Positions 57,400 to 64,000 of a stretch of DNA of 64,000 bases are shown here, one piece after another (the stretch's first letter is position 1; each line of letters opens with the position of its first letter). A model generated the notes under the pieces. It did no database searches, had not been told where the DNA came from, and saw nothing but the letters and a program-made list of their open reading frames with translations. Origin of the DNA: Bdellovibrionales bacterium. Lineage in GTDB: Bacteria; Bdellovibrionota; Bdellovibrionia; Bdellovibrionales; UBA1609. The translations under genes and the position numbers were made by a program. The stretch lies in assembly GCA_020628165.1 (NCBI GenBank), contig JAHDFM010000013.1:15420-79419 (forward strand), in the 5' to 3' direction.

Positions 57400-57680
57400 A
57401 GAAAATTTAGCCTTAAAATCTTATCCAATAAACATCTATAAGATTAACATTAAGTTAAATAATTTCAACAACATATATTTAAATTAACAATTCATTACTT
57501 GAACCTCTGATTTTTAAAGATGAAACCATTTTAAGGGCTGTATAAAGAGCATGGATGAGTGCTTGATAAGAAAAACTTAACCACAACAATGCCATGCGTT
57601 AGTTTGTTGCGATGATAAGTGGCCTACTTATTTAATTAAAACTGAAAAGTTCATGATGACTTTAACAAAAGCTGTATTTA

Positions 57681-58214
57681 TCATTTTGTAAGAATATTGA
57701 AAATTCCGTACTGATTGTAGAACTCACCATCAATAATCACTTGCCCACCCGACTGTGATGCGAATTCTAGGCTTGATCTTGATATGGCATTTAAAGTCTC
57801 ATCACATGTATCGATAACTAAAGCATTATTGCGTTGAAACTCAGAACATACAGTTAAATCTGTAGTTGGTAAGTCAAAACTCTGACCTTTCACTTCAAAA
57901 GGTGCCTCAGACAACATACTTGCAAATAAAGAATCGCTGATCGCACAACTGCCGCCAACTTTTTCATAAACAACAACTTTTCCAGAACACTCTTCATGCA
58001 AATTAATCGTGTGTTCGTGCTCATCCCCTTGTGAAGGAGCCGTTTTAGGTCCTTGGGGCTGAGTTGTGTTGTTCACTGGTTTAATTCCAGAGTAACCACC
58101 ACCATTGGACTCAAAGGCTGAGTCTTGCCCAGTTACCAATCCAGCACCGCAGTTTTGGAATAAAATAACCGTTAAAGATAGGCTTAAAAATATAAACAAT
58201 TTCCTCGCATTCAT
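57681..58214 (-). CDS. Lipoprotein, unknown function
   Basis: Signal peptide with the same ILFQNCG lipobox as the 646-aa Cys-repeat protein. Gly/Pro-rich linker, then a 4-Cys domain. Confidence 0.7.
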   Translation of the reverse strand: MNARKLFIFLSLSLTVILFQNCGAGLVTGQDSAFESNGGGYSGIKPVNNTTQPQGPKTAPSQGDEHEHTINLHEECSGKVVVYEKVGGSCAISDSLFASMLSEAPFEVKGQSFDLPTTDLTVCSEFQRNNALVIDTCDETLNAISRSSLEFASQSGGQVIIDGEFYNQYGIFNILTK

Positions 58215-58230
58215 AGTTAAATTTTAGCTC

Positions 58231-59685
58231 ATGAGTCTAGGAAAACAAACCGATATATTTGTCGTGAATAAGTTAAACTCTGATTTTATCCATAACTGTG
58301 ACCAACTCATACGAAATGGGCAAGGAAAACAAGTGCTTGAAAACATCAAGAGCATTCCTAAAAAAAACATACCCAGAGCTTACTTGTCTCAAATTGGGAA
58401 TTTACTCAACCGCATAGGAGGCTCACAATACAGTTTAAAATTGCTTTTTCCATATGTGCGTGGATCTTACAATGATTTGGGAACTCAAGTTGAAAAGATC
58501 GTTTACGCTAAATCCTTGATTGAAGTGGGAGCACAGCGCGAAGGCATTCAGCTTTTACGCAGTTCAAACAGTTCTGACCCAAGCTGCCTACTGACAGAAG
58601 CATTTTATTTCTTTAAATCATGGAACTATCACTTAGCATTACCACTCATCCAAGAATACCTTCAAAAAATAAACGACCCTTACAAACAACACATTGGCAA
58701 AATTAACTTAAGCTCTACTTACATATTTTTAAACAAGCTCGACAAAGCTTATGAACTGTTAACTGAACTCGAAAAAAATCAAGAACCTAAGTTTAAACTT
58801 TTGAACGGTTACATTTATGAACTCCTTGGCCAAGTGCATTTTCATAAAAAACAAGATGATCTCGCTCGACAATACTTAAACCGAAGTATCGATGTTTTAT
58901 CTTCATCCAATCAAAAAGCTTTGCTGTATCCACAAAAGTGGTTAGCACTGCTTGCTTTAAGGCAAAGTGGCCATCCACATGAGCTCGATGAGATCAAAAC
59001 GCGGGCCACTCTAGCCAATGACTTTGAAACTTTACGAGACATTGACTTTTGGTGCGGTCTAATTACAAACGATAATGAGCTCTTATCTAAAGTGTATTAC
59101 AGAACGCCTTTTTTGGCTTTTCGCAATCGCATCCCTAATGAAAAAGTAAAAACCAATTGGCACTGGAAAGATGAACTTGGATCACGACCCTTCATTGATT
59201 TATTTGGCTCAAAACTCCCCATGTCTTTTGAACTGACGAGCCAACTGTTTTGCTATTTGTTTAGTGATGGTTACAAGCCTGTTGGCATTGGTTCAATTCA
59301 TTCACACATTTTTAAAGATGATTATTACAATCCGAATACATCCCCAGATAAAGTGTATCAAGTGATCTCCAGACTCAACAAAATTCTACACGGAGAGTTT
59401 AATTACAAAATAGAGAGCATCAATAAGTCTTACTATATTAATAGTAATAAAATTCATGACTTTAATTATCGCATTCACAAATCAGACCTCTCACTATTAA
59501 CTCAAACACAAAACATTTTTAAACAACAAATAATCAATTTAACAAATGGCACTGCTTTTTCTGCCAAACAGATTTCAAATCACTTCAATGTTTCACAACG
59601 AACTGCCAATCGTTGGATCAAAAACCTAGGTGCAGATAAGATCGGACAAGGGCGCAACACTCAGTTTGCCCTAAAGGCTTCTTAG
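58231..59685 (+). CDS. Putative regulator: TPR-like N-region, OmpR-type winged-helix-like segment and C-terminal HTH
   Basis: TPR-like helices in residues ~30-270. LFCYLFSDGYKPVGIGSIHSHIF...PDKVYQVISRLNKIL resembles trans_reg_C. C-terminal SAKQISNHFNVSQRTANRWIKNL is an HTH. Confidence 0.55.
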   Translation: MSLGKQTDIFVVNKLNSDFIHNCDQLIRNGQGKQVLENIKSIPKKNIPRAYLSQIGNLLNRIGGSQYSLKLLFPYVRGSYNDLGTQVEKIVYAKSLIEVGAQREGIQLLRSSNSSDPSCLLTEAFYFFKSWNYHLALPLIQEYLQKINDPYKQHIGKINLSSTYIFLNKLDKAYELLTELEKNQEPKFKLLNGYIYELLGQVHFHKKQDDLARQYLNRSIDVLSSSNQKALLYPQKWLALLALRQSGHPHELDEIKTRATLANDFETLRDIDFWCGLITNDNELLSKVYYRTPFLAFRNRIPNEKVKTNWHWKDELGSRPFIDLFGSKLPMSFELTSQLFCYLFSDGYKPVGIGSIHSHIFKDDYYNPNTSPDKVYQVISRLNKILHGEFNYKIESINKSYYINSNKIHDFNYRIHKSDLSLLTQTQNIFKQQIINLTNGTAFSAKQISNHFNVSQRTANRWIKNLGADKIGQGRNTQFALKAS

Positions 59686-59688
59686 TCA

Positions 59689-61338
59689 TTATTCTATATC
59701 TTCACCATTGCCACGTGGTAAAATAAAATACTTGTCTGAAGCCTTAAGTAGCGAGTAAACATGGTTCGACATTAAGCCCACAATTCGGCGGTACTCTGAA
59801 AGTACATCTAAGTGAATGGAGCTTGTGTTGATTGTTTCTTTGGAGCCTGCGATGATTCGCTCCATGTGACGGACCCTAAAATCTTTTTCCATTCGACGCA
59901 CTACTCTTTTTCCATATACAATTTTTGCGGCCAACTCTTTATCCTGCCGTTGAAAACAAGTGATGGACAGTGAGCTGATCCTTTCTACTTCTGCGGATAA
60001 TTGTTTCAATTCTCCCCAACCGTCGCTGCTAAAATCCACTTTCAAGGCTTGTTTTTTTTCAGCCATGGCAAGTAGATTTTTTTCAATGACATCGCCGACG
60101 CTTTCTAGGTCTGTAGAGAAGGTCATTAGCCTGAGAAAATCAACTTCTGAACCGGCTTCAGCATTGTCCATATAGCGGGCAACGAACAGTTTAATTTCTT
60201 TGTGAAGTAAGTCGACTTGATTGTCTTGCTCTTGAATTTTTTCTTTTAAATCAATGTCCTCACCTTTAAATAAATTAATAGAGTTGCGAATCATGCTGTA
60301 GACAATATCGGCCATCCTTAACACTTCTCGTTCGGCATGGGCCGCAGCCACTGAGGCTGACTGAAAATCAACACGGCTTAAGTACTTAACAGAAAACTCT
60401 TGTTCGTTTTTTGATGGCGGGAAGAGTACCTGTATGAGCTTCACCCCATATTTAATAAAAGGTAAAAATAATATGACTAAGGCCACATTAAAAACGGTGT
60501 GAGCATTGGCTATGTCTCTTTGAGTCTCTCCAAAAGATATAAACTCAACAAATTGTGTGGTGAAAAAGAAAAACAAACAGACACCACTGACCTTCAACAG
60601 TGAGTGGGCCCAAGCCACTTGACGCCCCATATAGTTGCCACCAGCACTTGCTATTAAAGCTGTTGCTGTTGTTCCGATATTAGCCCCGTAAACCCAAAAG
60701 ATGGCTTCAGTCATACTCAATAAACCACTGCCAGCTAACCCCATAGCAAAACCAATGGTCACGGCACTGCTGTGCACGACGGCAGTGAAAAACGCAGTCA
60801 CGGCAATCGCCATGATTGGATACTGCTTTAAATAATTTAAGAAGCCAATAAATATATTGGACTCTCTCAAAGCCCCCGTTCCATAGGTGATCACCTCTAA
60901 GCCCCAAAAAATAAGCCCAAAACCCATAACAATATTTGCAATATTTTTGATGATTCGTTTTTTAGACAAAAACTGAACGATAAAACTGCAAGTGAATAAA
61001 ACCAAACCAAACTGAGCCACATTCAGACTCAACAACTGAACTGTAAATGTTGAGCCTATGATCGAACCCAAAATTACACTCATCACTTGTGGCAAGGTCA
61101 CCACACCAGCAGACCCCAAACCAACAAGCATTGATGTTACCGCACCAGAACTTTGAATCACTACGGTCATAGCGATTCCTACTAGAATGCCAACAAATGG
61201 CTTGTCTGAAAGTTTGCTAATGAGCCCTTTTATTTTATTGGCTGCGAGCACTTGTAGGTTTTTACTCGCTAGCTCCATTCCAAAAATAAAAAAGGCAATT
61301 CCTGCTAAGGTAAAAATTAATGAATTATGATTTAACAA
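59689..61338 (-). CDS. Na/Pi cotransporter family protein with PhoU-like C-terminal domain
   Basis: Multi-TM N-half with duplicated QSSSA/HSSAVT-type motifs. Helical PhoU-like C-half. Confidence 0.88.
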   Translation of the reverse strand: MLNHNSLIFTLAGIAFFIFGMELASKNLQVLAANKIKGLISKLSDKPFVGILVGIAMTVVIQSSGAVTSMLVGLGSAGVVTLPQVMSVILGSIIGSTFTVQLLSLNVAQFGLVLFTCSFIVQFLSKKRIIKNIANIVMGFGLIFWGLEVITYGTGALRESNIFIGFLNYLKQYPIMAIAVTAFFTAVVHSSAVTIGFAMGLAGSGLLSMTEAIFWVYGANIGTTATALIASAGGNYMGRQVAWAHSLLKVSGVCLFFFFTTQFVEFISFGETQRDIANAHTVFNVALVILFLPFIKYGVKLIQVLFPPSKNEQEFSVKYLSRVDFQSASVAAAHAEREVLRMADIVYSMIRNSINLFKGEDIDLKEKIQEQDNQVDLLHKEIKLFVARYMDNAEAGSEVDFLRLMTFSTDLESVGDVIEKNLLAMAEKKQALKVDFSSDGWGELKQLSAEVERISSLSITCFQRQDKELAAKIVYGKRVVRRMEKDFRVRHMERIIAGSKETINTSSIHLDVLSEYRRIVGLMSNHVYSLLKASDKYFILPRGNGEDIE

Positions 61339-61627
61339 GGGGCCTCGCTTAAAAAAAGTAAATAAACTTCATTTGCATTATATAAATACTTAATTACATT
61401 CGTCTTTTACTTTTCTCAGCCAACCTAGACCAAAGGCAAGGTCTCAAATTTAAAATACACTATTTATTTACGAAGATTAGGATTTTATAGTGAAAACTAA
61501 TCAATCTCTTCTATATAACTGAAAAATTTTAAAAAACTCTTAATGCAAAATAATATATAAAATTTGGCACAGTAGTTGCTCTATTTAATATCTTTTATGA
61601 TTAGATTTGAGGAGCTCTGCTGCCACC

Positions 61628-62827
61628 ATGAAGTATTATGTATTAATTTCAAAAGCTATTAAAGTTATACAATTTTCTACATTGGCGATAGCCACAGTCT
61701 TTGTAACAAGCGCTTATGCCATCAACCCATTTGAGGCATCATACCAGTGGGTAAAAAAGCTAGTTTGTGAAAAAGTTATTCCTTCAATTTCGTTGAGTAG
61801 TGCAGCTGCATCAGCTCGTGTTATTCAGAATAAAATTGATAATGAAGAAGCACTTTCTTTTGCTGAGCAATTAGAATTTATCACGCAAGAAGTTGAAAGA
61901 GTTTGGAGTGAAGCAAATATAGAGACCCTAATGGGATTAGCAGTGCCATTTGATTATGGAAGAACTGAACCTAGAGTTCTTCAAGATAGGATGGAAATAG
62001 CCAGACTTAATTGGATAGCACAAATCTTAAAGCAAAGAGGGCAAACCTTTTCTAGTATTTCAAGAGTCGGTTTAGGAGAAAAAAACATACAGGCTTTAGA
62101 TGCACTTTTCCAAGATGAGTCCATTCGCTTTATAAGCAGCTCAAGCGCATCGACATCTGGTGCAGGAATTTATAGCCCCGGAGAATCTGACTTTGAATAT
62201 CTTGATGGCCTTTATGGTATAGACTCAATTAATTTACGATCACTCTTTGCCAACAATGACATTCTGGTAGGTCAGTATACGGGCGGACGTTATGCTGTCT
62301 ACAGTAATCATGCAGTCTTAGCTGCTACTAGCAACGAAATTTATGAAATTGAAAAGTCAAAAAAGTTAAGAGATCATGCAGCCACAGTTCTAAGAGAACA
62401 AGGCGTAGGTGAAAGCCAACTTGACTGGTTTGTGAGACATATACAAGATTTCTCAGGAGATGATTTTTCTGGTTTAAATATTGTAAGAGATTCATACAAT
62501 GAGTCTGACGATTACATGTACAAACACAATTATTTGCAAGCAATGATAGCATTAGCTCTTTGGCGCTTGGATAACTACCGCATGAGTCAAGGTTATGTGT
62601 ACTTTCCAACTAGCAGAGGTCGTAAACTTCCATTTGTTTATTTAAAAGCAACGCACAATGAAAGTGAGTATGAAATTATCATCAAAGGCCAGATAGAGCA
62701 ACAGCTGAATGAAATTCGTGAAGCCATCCAAACTCAATATAAAATTGCATTTGAAGAGCTTGAAGTCATAGAAGAAGTTACATCTAATTATAATAATACT
62801 GTACGTGCGACCATAAAGCTCAACTAG
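61628..62827 (+). CDS. Secreted hypothetical protein
   Basis: ATG 61628 gives MKYYVLISKAIKVIQFSTLAIATVFVTSAYA. No motif recognised. Confidence 0.6.
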   Translation: MKYYVLISKAIKVIQFSTLAIATVFVTSAYAINPFEASYQWVKKLVCEKVIPSISLSSAAASARVIQNKIDNEEALSFAEQLEFITQEVERVWSEANIETLMGLAVPFDYGRTEPRVLQDRMEIARLNWIAQILKQRGQTFSSISRVGLGEKNIQALDALFQDESIRFISSSSASTSGAGIYSPGESDFEYLDGLYGIDSINLRSLFANNDILVGQYTGGRYAVYSNHAVLAATSNEIYEIEKSKKLRDHAATVLREQGVGESQLDWFVRHIQDFSGDDFSGLNIVRDSYNESDDYMYKHNYLQAMIALALWRLDNYRMSQGYVYFPTSRGRKLPFVYLKATHNESEYEIIIKGQIEQQLNEIREAIQTQYKIAFEELEVIEEVTSNYNNTVRATIKLN

Positions 62828-62933
62828 TTTTGTGATAATAATTTAGAGTTTTAATTGAAGCCAGCAACACCCTTCTATGAATGAGTATAAAATAAAGAAA
62901 CAACTTTTAGTTTTTTTATGATCATTATCTACG

Positions 62934-64000
62934 CTATATAATTGAATCAACAAACTCTTTGGATTTAAAAGGTCGAATGTCTTCGATCCCCTCACCAACA
63001 CCAATGGCTTTGATTGGCAAAGCCACTTCACAGGCTAGTCCGACAGCGACACCCCCCTTAGCAGTGCCATCAAGTTTCGTTAATATTGCACCACTGAGCT
63101 CCAGCGCTTCGTTAAAGCTCTTAGCTTGCATCAATGCGTTTTGGCCAGAGTTGGCATCTAAAACTATGAGTGTTTGATCTGGAGCCTCTGGCAAAACTTT
63201 TTGCATCACTCGTTTCATCTTTTTTAACTCTTCCATTAAGTTGTCTTGAGTGTGCAAACGGCCTGCGGTGTCGACTATGACTAAATCAAAACCACCAGAC
63301 TTTGCTTTTTGACAAGCATCAAAGGCGACTGCACTAGGATCTTTAACATTTTCTGGAAAAAAGATCTCGACTTGAGCGCGCTCTGTCCAAGTTTGTAATT
63401 GCTCCCCTGCAGCAGCACGAAAGGTGTCTCCGGCCGCAACGAGCACTTTCAAGCCACGGCTTGCCACAAAATTGGCAAGCTTTCCAATAGAGGTTGTTTT
63501 GCCTGCACCATTCACACCTACTATCATCCAAACTTGAGTTTTGCCTTCGACTTTTTTAATGTTAAGCACATCTTCAAGTTCAAACTCATCACCAGAATGA
63601 ACGTCAGAAAATATGTCAGCAATTTCAGATTTAATCGCCGACTGCACAACTGCCAATTCCTTCTTTTCATTTTGACTTAACTTCGTTCCGACAGCTCCCA
63701 TCAACCTTTGCACAGTGGTGGGGCCCATATCGCTTGTGTACAAAACCTCTTCTAGCAATTCGATGTCGTCATCAGACAACGAGGCCTTTCCAACAAGTGA
63801 CTGTTTAATGCGCCCAAAGATGTTAGCTTTCGTGTTGGCCAAAGCTTCTTTGAGATCTTTTTTAGGTTCAGCTTTAAATTGAGCGGTTGTGGGTGCTACA
63901 TCTTTTTTTGTCTCGACAGTTTCTGTAAGAGCTTCGAGCACCTTATCAGGTTCTTCTTTCGCTTTTTCGAAAGCCTCTTTAAGGACCTCACTAGCTTCTT
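62934..64000 (-). CDS. ftsY: Signal recognition particle receptor FtsY (5' end beyond right edge)
   Basis: GVNGAGKTTSIGKLA, DTAGR and TKLDG. The reading frame stays open upstream of the GTG at 63941 (…EASEVLKEAFEKAKEEPDK), consistent with an acidic A-domain continuing off-window. Confidence 0.95.
   Translation of the reverse strand, partial: EASEVLKEAFEKAKEEPDKVLEALTETVETKKDVAPTTAQFKAEPKKDLKEALANTKANIFGRIKQSLVGKASLSDDDIELLEEVLYTSDMGPTTVQRLMGAVGTKLSQNEKKELAVVQSAIKSEIADIFSDVHSGDEFELEDVLNIKKVEGKTQVWMIVGVNGAGKTTSIGKLANFVASRGLKVLVAAGDTFRAAAGEQLQTWTERAQVEIFFPENVKDPSAVAFDACQKAKSGGFDLVIVDTAGRLHTQDNLMEELKKMKRVMQKVLPEAPDQTLIVLDANSGQNALMQAKSFNEALELSGAILTKLDGTAKGGVAVGLACEVALPIKAIGVGEGIEDIRPFKSKEFVDSII

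Noticed and set aside
1-64000. Scanned by eye for CRISPR arrays, long DNA-level tandem or inverted repeats, IS elements, rRNA, tmRNA and RNase P
   Set aside because: None was recognised. The only repeats found are protein-level modules within two genes, short terminator or operator dyads and homopolymer runs. A computational repeat and Rfam scan would be needed to exclude diverged elements.

Overview
AT-rich (roughly 35-40% GC by eye, not computed) bacterial chromosomal segment. It is densely coding: about 60 protein genes and one tRNA-Arg(UCG). I saw no rRNA, CRISPR array, transposase, integrase or phage genes. Recognisable housekeeping genes are clpB, tyrS, rny, zapA, 5-formyl-THF cyclo-ligase, ftsY (partial, runs off the right edge), a speD-speE-trmH-queF operon, cysteine desulfurase plus an IscA-like protein, a radD-like helicase, selO, alkB, an aldehyde dehydrogenase, an isovaleryl-CoA-dehydrogenase-like ACAD, an alanine:cation symporter and a Na/Pi transporter. 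The envelope is Gram-negative (OmpA family, several small beta-barrels, many lipoproteins). RNase Y, the high share of secreted or lipoproteins, and recurring F-Q-N-C-G lipoboxes suggest a Bdellovibrio-and-like (Bacteriovoracales-type) organism; this is inference only. No classical mobile or defence island is evident. The candidates I rank highest: (1) an operon headed by an XRE-HTH::TerB-like fusion, translationally coupled to NfeD and two tandem SPFH/band-7 genes, with an 18-bp perfect palindrome over its start codon; (2) a tRNA-Arg-adjacent cluster of secreted proteins, comprising a divergent pair of PAD_porph/agmatine-deiminase-family enzymes (one behind a G9 tract), a 1280-aa lipoprotein with 8 four-cysteine modules fused to an RCC1 propeller, and a possible papain-like enzyme; (3) a 646-aa lipoprotein made of 12 tandem four-cysteine modules; (4) a eukaryote-type (class 2) AdoMetDC, an iodotyrosine-deiodinase-like flavoenzyme and a Spondin_N protein. 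All product calls rest on motif recognition by eye. No database search was run.
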